64,000 nucleotides of DNA from Trichosphaerium sp. ATCC 40318 (Eukaryota > Protista > Tubulinea), in the NCBI GenBank assembly GCA_038496445.1, contig JALMLS010000516.1, positions 372,001 to 436,000 of the forward strand, in the 5' to 3' direction. The notes under the pieces were generated by a model, which saw only the letters and a program-made list of their open reading frames with translations, searched no databases and was not told the DNA's origin. Both the position numbers and the translations under genes were made by a program. Positions 26,035 to 39,134 of the stretch are shown in pieces (position 1 is the stretch's first letter; each line of letters opens with the position of its first letter).

Positions 26035-28684
26035 ATGAGCTCTTGGACGTCAAATGCAAGCGATAAAATGGTTGGCTTTGGTAAATGGGTACCACAAAGC
26101 CTGTTTATGGTCAACAGTTCGATCTGATAGCGTATTAGGCCGCTAGCTCGATTCGTACGCAAATTGTAAATAACTTTACACCAAAAAGCCCTCGTGTTCA
26201 GTTTTTGACGCACTGGCAAGTTGTGGACGCGTATTGGAAGAAAGGCACGCTGTTTAAAGCATTGCACGTTTTATTTATAAACTGCTACAGGCAAAGTTGA
26301 GATAAACCACCTTAACGCTATGGCAAAGCTGCTAGCTGGTGAAGGCGATGAATACGTGCGTTATTAAATAATGATTTGACCTAAAACGCATGGACAGGAC
26401 GAGGAAGGATTAGCAGGTCCCGTATTGGAGGTTTTTCTTAGTTTGGACGTGCCAAGCACGCTAGTTGGGATTGCACTAAAAAATGTACCGGTTCTCGCCA
26501 CGTGTTTGTTTTTTTGCTAAATGTCTTGCTACCGTACAGTCCCCACCAGGTACACAAGCATTCATCATGGAAATGATGGCGAACGTTTTGGATATGATGG
26601 GTTGTGAAATGATAGCAAACATCACCATGTACAAGGTACACTAAAAATACACCAACAGCGACAAAATAGACAACTAACTGTTTTTCTTGCCGTTCAGGCG
26701 CTTCAAGCACTACTCTCTATAGGGGTGTCAACACCAATAGCTTGCTTCAGTTTAATAAGCGCTATCACTCGAGCCTTGGAGCAAGTACCACAAACCCACG
26801 CTATATTTTATACTGAAAAGAATGTATGTTCCCTGCATTTACCCCAACAAAAGTGTACTCACTCTTTGGTAACTGTAGCCACCAACATTTGCAATTCTTG
26901 ATGCCATCTTGGAGATCTGGAAGGATCCAAAGCACACCAACGCAGCTAGAGTCCACTTACTTAAACGTACGATCCGGTCTTACAAACATTGTTGACTGGT
27001 GCCACCCTTTAACATATTGTGTTGTCTTAGTTTTTACGGCGCTATCAGAAGGTAGCGACTACCTCGATGACATGCTCATCAAGCAACCAACACTGATAAA
27101 ATTATTGGTACGTCACAGTATTGCATTCACCCTTCCTTTTATTGACTTTCGGTGTTGTCATTCTAATTTTTATGGCAATTATAACAGGTGGATGACATTT
27201 GCACGGGTTGGTTCAGTGTACCATCAGCGTGGGACGCCCACATTTTTCAAAAGACAGACTTTATTAAAGCGGTACAAGTTGCAGCACATTTATCCATGCA
27301 CACCAAATATGTACGTTTGAAGTAAGAAATGAGTAATGTTCTTGCTTACACAAGCAAACAGACTTCTTTGAGTAAACGCTTGCCGGAAATGGTGGTGGAC
27401 AGATTTCTCCATGGTATAGTAGCACAAAAACTGGTCCACAAGTGCGTCACCAAACCCTTTTGTTTAAACAGTTGCAATACAAACTTTGTAGCACCTAGGG
27501 ACACCACTCTAGAAACAGTAGCTAAACTCCGTGAAATGCTCGTTTGGACAGCAAAGACTCCGTTGAGACACTCCTTTCTACAGTTCTTAACAGTACGTTT
27601 GATCCCTTCAATGTGATAGATAGTGGTACCACTACACCCGAACTGACTAGTGCCAATAGTCAACTGGAGATGACGGCGTTGGTGCATTCCTCTTATCACA
27701 CATGCTGCCAACACAGACTGCCAAAAGTGCTGCAACAGATGCCTCCATTGCAATTGCATCGTCTATACTTAAACTATACTGTACACTTCTCGATATGAAT
27801 GATGCCAGAGTCATCCAACAGCTTTTCCTTGATGCAATGCCAGACACAGAAATATCACCAGATGATTGTCTATATGCTCATGACACGTACGCGCTATTCC
27901 AGACAACACTCTTTAGCCCAACAGAGCACAATTCTTGATACTCCATGCAATTGATAGCGTGCTCATTATATTGTTGCGTAGGCTATTGGATATTTCAGGC
28001 GCTAGCTTAGATAACAACCCATATACAGAACACGCACAGGCCGCAATTGAAGGACGTTTGACCGCGTACCCTCTCGGTATGCGTTTTTTCTATTGCCCTC
28101 TGGCTCCTTGAAATATTTATTATTTATACACCACGACGAATCTAAATTGACCTTTAAGGTATTGGCGAACAGAAAGAGAAGGATGCAATGGCTGTAGCAC
28201 AGGTGGCGTTTATACCTCAGTTATTAGTTGCGTTAAAAAATATGTTCAACCAACCGCTCGAATACAATTTGTTTGTTACACTCACGTTGCGGAAAGTAGT
28301 GGAGCATCCTATTCCCCGTGTCCTCAAGTACTTTGCCGATGATATTCACAAAGAGGAGACGTTTATGCACATAGTTGATTATGTGCGTGCGCCTTACATG
28401 CGCCTAGTCTCTTGACTAACTCGGTTGCTCGATTTTAGTTGTGCTGTCAAGTAGAACAAGGCATCCATGAGAACGGCTCGCTTGTTGACCGCATAGACGA
28501 ACTCTCCAATCAGCTCAGAAGAGATCCCATACACACCAAGACACGTCACTTTACAGCGCATGATCCACGACGAGCCCGTGCCTTGCGCTTGGTGGAAGGA
28601 TCTATTGTTGTCAAGCAGTTTTGCTTAGAAATGGCGGCAGTGATGTTAGCTAACATGCAAATATGCTCAGATATAGCCTCTTGA
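26035..28684 (+). CDS. FHIP/FAM160 (RAI16-like) FTS-Hook interacting protein
   Basis: GPVLEVFL near N-terminus; PQLLVALKNMFNQPLEYNLFVT and IVVKQFCLEMAAV C-terminal motifs of FHIP family. Confidence 0.7.
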
Positions 28685-28866
28685 TCTTATTTTGCCACAA
28701 AACAAGTCATTGGCTGCTAAAATTGTATATAGGATGATCGAACGATTGGATAAAAGACAGTTGATGATGATAAAGTGATTAATGTAGGAAAAAAAAAAAG
28801 TAATTGTTTATTAAAAACACAAAATGTACATTTCCTTATTCAGCTATCCCTCTTTATGAGACGTAT

Positions 28867-31180
28867 CTACAGTGTAGAGCTGTTTCTGGTAGCTGGCCTT
28901 GTAGATCCTGTTGTGCCAGTGTAATGGCGGGATAGAATTAAAGTAGGAATCATGAGGGGTGTTACAGCAGTGATAGTGAGAGTTAAAACACCTGCTGCCA
29001 CAATGTAGAACTCTTGCAAATACTGCTTGTTTGGAATACCAATTAACAGACTCGCAAACAGTAGAGCTAGGCACACATTAGCAAAACCAGTTACATGGGT
29101 ACTGCGTGTGGGTAGGAACACGTACAAAATACCATGGAGTTGTAAATGGATAGATTCACATATTTCTGATCCACAGATTTAAAGTCTGACGCTACTTTGC
29201 GCACTGTGAAAGCAAGCCAGCCAAAAGCTATCAGTAATGCCATTTTGGTGGCGGCCGAGATGAATCCAAAGTATTTGTTAATGTCACAGACGTCATCAAT
29301 CGTATCGAATCTAGTTATCAAGTCAGCCAACCGACAGCAAAAATAAGCAATGGTACCTTTCAGAGACTTGCTTTGAGAGGGGTACAGGAGGGGCGATGAC
29401 TTGCCACAAGATCAAAAACACCACTTCAACAAGGGTGAAGCCAAGCACAATCTTGGCAAGTAAGCCATCGCGTATTGCAAAGACTTTGAGTGTTTGGTTG
29501 TTGAAGAGAACGGACAAACGCCAAATCTTAACAAGTGGTCCAATGTACGCCTGTGATAAGTGGTCAGTCACCACTCTAGAGAGGCGCAAATTTTATGTAT
29601 AGCACGTACCAACATGAAACCAATGCTAATAACCCAAATCCTGAGTGCACAGGTTGTTGCAGTCGGTTTACCGATCCAAAAGAATATTGACGATACCATC
29701 AATACGAATCCTGCAAGCGACAATACGCTAAACCAGAATCCAGCCTTCTTTTTTATCATCTTGGTTTCGCGAATGATGATAACCAAAATGAGAAGTGTGA
29801 TGATTGTAACTATGACCAATACAGCAATAAAAACTACGATAAAGACGCCAGCACGATCGAACTTTACCCACCGCTAAGGATAAAGATGTTAATAAAGCTG
29901 ACAATGCTAAACCTGTGCATACCTCAATTTTTGCACCTATTACATCACAGTTTTCGCCTTCCCAGCCAATTGAGCACATACAAACAGATGTATTTTCAAT
30001 CGAGCGACACACACCGTTCTCTTGGTTGCAAGATTTCAAGCAGCGCTCCTCATCATTGTCAAAAGTGCCTAGCTGATCAAGTAGAGAAAAGACCTCTCTG
30101 TAGTTCAGCGGGTACGTCCATTTTTCATATTTGCCACTGATTGCGGCCGTACTATTGGACTTGATATCAAACAGCGCAGCTATCACTATTCTACACCAAT
30201 ATAACAGTTAGGACTATGTTGCTGCAACAGCATAAAAAAAAAAAAGAAATAGTAGGTTGTACCGAATATCTATGTCATCTTCAGCGGATTGGCTAGCTGC
30301 AAAAGGCCACTCTGGGTAGAGCCTGGTGGTGTGCGGAAAAGGAAAACCATCCAAATTTTGTGAATTGAATACACTGACACGGCCGTATGCTGGCAAGTAG
30401 TCGGGATTGCTTGCAACGAAGCGCTCCAGCAAGTCCGTACGCACAAAACCAACATCGGCCACACCATCAAGGACGTTCTTGGCTATTAGGTTTTGGTTGT
30501 ACACAAACGTAATATTGAGGGCATCTACATCAACGCCATTATCTAGTAGGTATCCAATTTGCATTTGGTATGCGCCTAGACCATCTGGACTGACGGCGTG
30601 TATAGTTGCTGATTGTAGATGCTCCAAGGTTGTAATGTTGTTCTCCTCCATGGTCATTATCACGCCTCCAAACTGAGTGAGTGCGTGGCCTTGGCGAAGA
30701 TTCACAAGGGTGGCGACACGCGACAACGAGTGCTTGATCTGTGAAAAACAAACGTTTTTTAGCGTCATGGTCAATGTATCTCAAAAAGAATGTGCAGGTA
30801 ACGGCCTTGCGCTAACTTACCTCCATCTGCATGTAGTGGCTTGGGTTCGTAATAACAAAGTCGACAATGCCTTCACCTACTGCATTGTCCAAATCATCCC
30901 AACCAAGCGCCGCAATAGAGAAAGTATGTGCCACTCCAAAAAATTGTGCAGAAACATCTTGCAAATACTCCGCTGTTGCTGCCCATTGCGCTATAGTGTC
31001 GTCTACACCTCTTATAGCTAAGACTCCTAAAAAAGACAAGAATTATGAGCAGGTTTTTACATATTTTACAATGATGCGCATACCTATTGTAAAATGCTGA
31101 GGCGTCGTTTGAAAGCACTGCGATCCAAAAATACACAAACACACCAGCAGCCCCGTAAACAACGCATTACCTCCGTACAT
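28867..31180 (-). CDS. Class C (GABA-B-like) GPCR with PhnD/TtrS-type binding ectodomain and EGF-like linker
   Basis: Signal peptide; GVLAIRG..W, FVITNPS, FGGVI, GFVRTDLLE, TRLYPEWPFAA; CMCSIGWEGENC; 7TM_3 motifs CALRIW, LVKIWRL..LFNN, LLIAFGWLAFTVRKV, NLSIYN. Confidence 0.88.
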
Positions 31181-31636
31181 AGCCCTATACAAAACTGCTG
31201 TGGGCTTCGTTGTTAGAGGTAAATTTAGGATTCGTCACGAATAAAATTGACAACGCGCTGCTTAACTTGTAAATATTATTGTCCAGAGATACGCAGTGGC
31301 GTAAAAGAGGAAGGGCGCACAAACGACCTGCATTTAGACATAGAAATTACAATTTTCAACAAAAACTGGTAGGTAGTGATTGCCCGAAAATTGAGCCTGT
31401 TGGTACATACACTCGAAAGATTTCAAACAAGACGAAAAAAATGTCGTCATTATTTCTGGTAAGGAGAGGCGGTCTCCGTGTCCAAACAAATTATAAATCA
31501 ACGAAACACATTAAACAAAATGTCGTTATTCAGAGTGGTAACGATATTATTTTGTACAGCTGTAGGTACGATAAATGGACGACAACGCAGGTTCGTGCCA
31601 TCGCAACTTCGAAAAATGATTGAACATACAGTTTAC

Positions 31637-32152
31637 TTAGCTTCTTGGTCTGTATCTGCGTGGAGGTTCACGGTTTCTACGACCCTGGGATAGTGTGAGT
31701 AGTGTACATAAAAAAAACGATGGCGAATATAAGCGTTTTGGCATGTAGAGCACATAACACCATAATTGCGGACAATTACGTACGTCTCGGGATCTTACGC
31801 GCACAGTACGTGAGTGGCAAGCGCAAGAAACACAGTATTGCATCTTAGCGTACATCTTTGGGATAACGTAGTCTACAAAGGTGTTGGTGTTTGTTGTTTA
31901 TGTGAGGTTGTTGCTAAGGAAAACGTACCAGTTACAACGCTTTGATCAATAATATCCTTCAAGGATGAAGTTTCTACCATGTTACGGACAATGAAGCGCT
32001 TGATGGCTTTATCCTACACAAAATCAGCCGCGTTGGGTTGAAGACTACGCTACCTTTTGAACAACACGGGTGCAGCTATCGCAGCGAACAGTGTTAGTGT
32101 GTCCTCGGCTTCTGCCCTTGTTACGGCCTCGATTTCTTCTTTTAACAGGCAT
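31637..32152 (-). CDS. RPS26: 40S ribosomal protein S26 (eS26); probable 5'UTR intron ~32155-32308
   Basis: [60 protein letters not shown]. Confidence 0.97.
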
Positions 32153-32468
32153 TCTAAGTTTTATTAGTGGATTCTGCTTGTAAATTATGTTATAGCCAAC
32201 GCGGTAAGCTTTGTTACAAATAAACGCGACAAATAAAAACAAGAGAAAGCGACATATAACGACTGTCGAGAACTACTCTACGCAGTCCAGCATTAAAATA
32301 GTACGTACCTGAAGTAAAGTTAAATTGGTAAAGCGGATTGGTTTGCAAATTACTTGAGAAAAAAAAGGAAAAATGAGTCGTAAGCTCGGTCAAGTAGGGT
32401 CATTGGCTGATTTTCAACGTCAAGTCTTTATTGTTCTTATGCACAAGTAATTACGTTTAGCTGGCCTT

Positions 32469-34464
32469 ATGTTATTCAACGACACGCACAAACTTGAAAA
32501 ACAGAAGTGGGTGTCAGGTACGCGTAAGTAAGCATTAAAAAATGGTAATTGTTTGCAGGTCACAATGGGTGTTCTTTGGAACTGGTACGCTAGCGCTATT
32601 AAACGTTTAAAATTGGCCGTGTTAATAAGTTACACGTAGGTGTTATGTTGTGTATTTACACTTGTTGCAATTCCTGCATTGCTACGTAGGCAAATAATAT
32701 GGTATGTGCGTCTTAACGGTTTTAAGAATTACATGTGACGTCTGATCAATTTAGGCGTTTCAGCGTGTACAAATTGCCTCTGGGCAAGACGTTACTCGAA
32801 ATAGGGTGTATTGCTGTGCCTGCAATGTTGGCTACAACCGAATATTGCTTACCTCTAAGTGTTGTGGTGTGTCTCGTGTCATTTGTTATATGGCTAGGAA
32901 AGTGCGTTTAAACGATAGACACATTTTGTTGAAGCTTTTTGCGTTGTAGGAGAGCTGACGCGGATGCCTTTGGACGTCAAACCCACTTGAATCGCTTGAA
33001 TAAACCTCGAAGGCCATACATAGAGCACAGGCGCAGTATTATAACGATAGGCACTTGCTTTTCAATATTGGCAGTGGATTTTGTTGTTTTCCCTCGCAAG
33101 TATGCCAAGACCGAAAACAGAGGCGTCTCTATCATGGACATGGGGTGCAGTTTAGGCGTCTCAAATACTTGCTTTATTAACAAGTCACGTGTTTAGAGTG
33201 GGCTTGTATGTCTACGGGTCGGCTATGGTGTCGCAAATCGCAAGGGGAAAGCAACCACAGACAATGTGCGCACTTGTCTCTGGTCATCCGTGACACACCT
33301 CTTTATAAGAGTTTAGGGTAAAAGCTTTGCAAGGATCAGCGAAAGGATCCATACCTCTTCTAGTATTTGGCATTGTTAGATTCTTTATGGTGAAACTATC
33401 AAATTACCAGGTAACCCCCTCACAGAATACATTTTTTTTTTTTCGTAACTAGATTCAATTAGGAACACGTTACAGAATACGGCGTGCACTGGAACTTTTT
33501 CTTCACGCTTGCTGTTCTGATAGTCATCGCCTCTGCTATTGCAGTGTATATCCCACCAGGTGGTACTTTATACTGTGGCATGGCTGGTGTGGTGGTAGCG
33601 GTACTGTATCAATGTGCCTTGAGCAACCTGGGATTGGAACACTTTATAGAAAATGACAACCGGTGCGGCAACACTCCATTTAAACTGCGTAGTAGAGCGC
33701 TAAAGAGTGTGCTAGGAGCAACATTATAGCTCAAAACAAAGAAGGGATATTCAGTTTGTTTGGCTACTTGGGATTGTACCTCATAGGTACAGTAAATTTG
33801 CAAGCAGATAAAATCAGTTTTCTCTTCATCGGTTTGCGCTTGAGTTAACCCAGTAAGAAACTGCATTGTTAACTATAAATATAGGGTCAGCTATTGGATC
33901 AGTGGTGTTGCAAGGAGATAAGAAATATAGGCAATGGTGGCAAACGGCAATTGGGTTGAGCATTGCTACTGGTACCGTTCCTCCTACATGTAAAAATATG
34001 ATCTAAAAAGCACGTATACATAGGTGCGTTGATGCTGTCTCGACCAGTTTTACAGCAATTATTTGGCCAACCATCGCGTAAGATGATGAACTTTCCATTT
34101 GTTGTCGATTGTCTCATTGTCAACCTATTTGTAGACGCCGTCAGTTTGTCTATTGGTACGTACTGAGACAAGCCAGCACATTTATCTGATTTAACTCTTA
34201 TGTGCAGATTTGTTCTTCCCTTGCAAATCGAATAACACATGCGTTCAAGTGCTTGGGCAGTCAACAGACACGCTTATTGTTTCCAACCAACTTGTTGTTT
34301 TCCTAGTTGCAAATTTAGTGACAGGCGCAGTCAATGCAAGCATCAACACCCTGGTCGCGAGCTCAGTTACTAGTTACGTGATACTTGGTGTTTATACGTT
34401 GTTCTTATTGGGTTTTCCTTTGATATTGCTGCAAAACAAAAACACAAAGCGGAAGCAACATTAA
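32469..34464 (+). CDS. PIGW: GPI inositol acyltransferase PIG-W/GWT1
   Basis: ILAVDFVVFPRKYAKTE, SIMDMGVG, YQEHVTEYGVHWNFFFTL, NKEGIFSLFGY, PSRKMMN, NQLVVFLVANLVTGAVN. Confidence 0.93.
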
Positions 34465-34654
34465 ATGGACGCCTTTGTAGCCACTTATTTTTGATGGACA
34501 CAAACAAATTTTGCACGTGATGATCAGCAAACTACGTAAACGTCATTTATTTGTTGTTGAACAATAAGACAACTTTCCTTGTATTACTAATTATTGCCTC
34601 CCGTTTTGACCTTTTGCTAAAATTTATCATTTTACCTGAAAATCGACATAAATA

Positions 34655-37600
34655 ATGGCGTTACCCAGCACGAGAGATAGGCTCTCTACCCTTACTACGC
34701 CACGTCCTAGATCGGCCACTGGATCCCACAATGACGTGCTCGTAAGCTTGATGCAAAGGAATCAACGCTTTTGTTAACAGTTTTACCAGATGTTGGATAT
34801 TCGTCGCCTACTACAACGTCTACGCTCCCCACTGGCTGGGTTGAAGGCAATGGATCGAAATGTTGATTTTAAAAAGTATAAGCAGTGTTTCGTTGGTAAG
34901 GACCTCGTTGAGTGGGTACAAAGGGAGCTAGAGTTCCAAGAGCGCGAAGAGGCACGAGAATGGTGTCAAGTATTTTTAAAAGACAAAGGAGTATTAGAGG
35001 TATGCGTGTCATGGCGTATCAGGCATTTGTAGAACGGTTGACGTGTTAACCAAACATACAGGCTGTAAATCAAAAGGCCACAAGCTCGAGTGAACTTCTC
35101 GACGACTCTGAAGCGTTTTACGTGTTTGTAGACAACGAAAAGACGGACAAAAAGAAAAAAAAGCTTTCTTCCAAGACACCCGCCAAACATCAGAATTCAG
35201 ATGCCATGTCTAACACCATGCGAATGATGGAGATTACAAACCTCAAGGAAATGTTAGAGGAACAGCTGTTCAAGCAGCAAAAAGAGACACTAAAAATTGT
35301 TACCCGTTTTGTTAAGCGTATCAAAGTACCCGCAACACGAAGGAAAACAAAGGCTCCACAGGTAGGAATTCCATCTGATTTTTTTTAACCTCATATCTCA
35401 CATGCCTTTTGATTTACACCTACTGCACGTGTAGGTTGAATTACTTTGTATTGGTGTCAGGCTAAACAGATTGCGCATACATCGAGTCAAGTACGAACAA
35501 GGCAACGGCACGTTTAGGATACGGCAAACATGGCCAGCAGAGGACTTGAACATGGTGGATATAGACGAGGACTCAGTGCGTAACACATGGTCGTACCAAG
35601 TGCTTAATCGTCTCACTTTTACAAAAAGGAAACAGGGTTTATATTGGGTTTCGATAAACCTAACGTCTTCGATGCTTTGAGCGGCCGCGATCGCAACCAG
35701 CTTCTATATAGATTGTTGCAGTCGTATCAAGCATATCACGGCACTTTGCCACAGACCAACCTGGATATCCTTCAGTTGAAACTGATGCTTGGAGACAGCA
35801 CAACAACTGATATTATGAGCCCTGAAATTGAAAAGCAGTTGGAAGATTTGCTTAACAGTGCACAGAGGAGCGCTCACGACATTAACGCGTTCACTGATCA
35901 CTTGACAAACCAGCTACAAGTACTTGAGAAAAAGAATGTGGAGGATCTGATAAACGCTCACCAAGACATCAACAAGATCATGAAGCAACTCAAAAAGACC
36001 AAGAGGTCACTCAATTCGTGCAAATCCATGCTTACAAAAGACAGTCAAATGCTTACTGTAAGTCATTTCTTAGGACACTATCTTTTTTTTTTTTGTTCAA
36101 CATGTAATTTTAACGTTTGGGTGTAGAGCATTTCGAAGGATGTGACTCAGATAGAAATGAGAAATAGTAAGATGAAAATCGTTACACAAAATCATCAAGA
36201 GCTATACAAAGAACTATCTGACCTTATTGTACGCACGCTTATTGGTTAACGATACTACTGGCCTGTAGTTATTATTAACGTAAAGGGTGACTGACATTCT
36301 TTGATAGGAGCAGATCGAACTGGATGATACAGTGCTCACAACACTGCAAAAAGGTTCATTGTCAAAACCCGACGGCATTGCCCGCGTTATAGTTGCAGCA
36401 GAAGCGCTTGTGAGGTCTCTGAAGGCGCCGTTGAAACCTGGATACGATAAGTTATTGGCAGTAATGCACGTCTTTTGAAACTAAATGTTTGATGGTTGCA
36501 ATTAACGGCTTATTGTTAGGGAGCAACGGAAAGACTTTAAACGAATCAGGACACTGTTTTCTATGCGGTTTTGTGAATTCATTGACGTACTATTTCTAGA
36601 CTTGACAAAGAAAGTGTTGCAGTTAAAGAAACCTCTTTATGCACTTCAAAACCACAAGTACTTGTCCCAAATGTTAAAAGTTGGCGTTGCAGCTAATACT
36701 ATGTGGCTCTAGATCACTTGTACTCGGTCATCTTCGCATATACATTCCGCTAGTACACTGGATGAAAGACATCTTTAAAGAAACAGGACAAAAGGCCTCA
36801 AACACGGGAGATGTGTCTGAACTGCCTGTTTATCAAAAAATATATAACGTACGTCGTATTACTCGCTGGTTTTTTTATTTTAGGGATTGGTTATTTTAAT
36901 ATTTTTACCTACAGAGCTACTTGGAAAAGGTAGCCGCACTGTACGCCAAAAATCTACAATACTACTTTAAATCTTCTCGACGCCGCATCCTCCATGAGCG
37001 TGGGCGTAGAGGTGCGCACTTGTTACTACACTAGATGAGATGTGGTAAACGTTTCCCCTAATGCGTGGCTTTAGTTACTTTTAATCATGAGAATGTTTTG
37101 AGAAAAGGACATGAGGCGTCTGCAGCATTGAAGCGCAATGTAAAAAATATCAACCGAAACATTAACTTTACGAACGCCAAGAAATTCTTACACAGCAATC
37201 CACGGGGTGGTGGCGGCGTTAAAGCGTTTGATGACGATATTGACATGCTCGATGACTCTGAAGAAGAGTCGCTTGAAATGACAGAAACCAACATGGAAGG
37301 TTCTGATGAGGAGATACTCGATGGTGTATTTACGGACGGTCTCAAAATCACTATATCAAATGCGTACGCGGAAGCGTACAGAATAGTGCTGCCGATAATT
37401 TTGGATGAGCAACAGTTCATACAAGACTTCTTTAGGCTCAACGACGAGTACGGACATTTTGTCTTCTCTTTTGTTCGGCACTAATGTAAACGCAGTGAGG
37501 CTACTGCGTTCTTAAAGACGCTGTTTGACAGTGAACACGAAAAAGAACAGCAAGAAGAGGAAGTCAAAGAAAAGGCTAAGGGACCTAAAGGGTTTCGTAC

Positions 37601-38913
37601 AGAAATGAGTAATCTCATGCACAAAGCATACAAATTTGATCCATAGTGCGTCTTTGTTATTCATCTTGACTACGATTTATCAAAACTAATCACGAGGTCT
37701 ATAGTAACTGTGTCACACTCATTGTTGAGACAAGAACGGCGCTTAATAAGTATAAAGATAAGAGCACATTTATCTGTGGTCTATTGGAGGATGGTCAAAC
37801 TCAGCTGAGCGACATGTTCAACGTTTTCATTGAGAAGCAGAAGAAACACATAGATTCAACGCATTTGCGGCCCAAAGTTGTTGGCATTACCCACCACGTT
37901 CGCAAATATCCAGTACGTCCGTTTTTTTAAAAAGAAAGTTGTGTCTCGTGCTAATCTCTCGGTGTGTTCAAACAGGAATTTGTCAAGAAGATGGAGGAGA
38001 CAGGCGGTGGTGATCATCCAATAATGGAGGCCACTTATGACGCAATCACCAAGACCCTATTTTCGTGGATTAGGCAACTGCATCAGTCTGATAGTTATGC
38101 AAATGAAGTCATTCGATTTGGTACTGCTTCCGTTTTATACAATGTTTAGAAATTTTTTGAGCGTTTAGCCAATTACTTTTGTTCTTTGTGCTCGTTGCCC
38201 CGTTCTAAATCAAGTTCTACCCCTTGTAGAAAACTTTCACTATTTTTACAAAACAATGTCGGCATCGTTTGGCAATATAGACTTTATAAAACGCCACGTT
38301 GCGCTAGCAAAGAAGGAATATCAACAAAGCATGGAAAACTACGTTCATCTTCTTGTTCACAAACGGTGGCAGCCTTTGATGGACTTTTTCGACAAGGTCG
38401 ACGATCTCCTCACCACTGTAAAGCCGGAAAATATACAATTTCAAACGAGCCAAGGGTTGACAAATGCACAATTGACAAAGCTCATTCACAAAAACACTTT
38501 AGAATTGGTACGTTAACCCTATTTTTTTTTTTTGCACTCGGTCCGTTTTCTGATGAATTCTCTACTAGTTTGAAGAGGGCCTCTACAAAGAATACAAGCG
38601 TATTCGACGGGGTTTGTCTGATGAGGAAGGACTGATACCGCAGATTTGGAGCATGTTAAAGGTATAAAACTAATTACCACAATTTTTTGTGCCTAACTAT
38701 TTGAACAAGGCATACCTATTGCAAAAGTACACGCACATTGAATTGTTAACTACCAAGTGTTACAAAAGTCAGACGTTGAACTTTACTTCGGACCAACTGA
38801 AAGCTCTTTATGCTTCGGTACAGAGCAAGTATGAGTCCAAGCTCTCAAAGAGAGGGAACAGAAAGGAAGATACGGAGTTTGACGATTTAGACACACTGGA
38901 AGGGTCTAGTTAA
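34655..38913 (+). CDS. SEC3: Exocyst subunit Sec3/EXOC1-like protein with N-terminal DEP domain
   Basis: DEP: YKQCFVGKDLVEWV..REEA; Sec3 PIP2-binding region FRIRQTW..DL..VD, LGFDKP; coiled coil, QNHQELYKEL; C-terminal ENFHYF, EEGLIPQIW. Confidence 0.8.
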
Positions 38914-39134
38914 CCGGTCTAGCTCTATCTATGACAGCACTCCGGTTTTCAACAAATTACCAAAATGAAAATTGCACGTGATTTAATGGAATATTTGTAG
39001 ATTAAAGACTTTGTTTTTTGTGGATTGTTTCTTATTTGTACAGTGGCGCCAGTGTCGGTCGATTATGATTAAATTAGTGTTACGGGTATGGTTTCTAAGG
39101 TTTCTAGAAGTTTTTTTTTTTGTGTTGTACTGTG

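Noticed and set aside
32155-32308. H/ACA snoRNA in the RPS26 5'UTR intron
   Set aside because: Small hairpins and an ACA are present, but there is no convincing ANANNA H box or two-hairpin architecture
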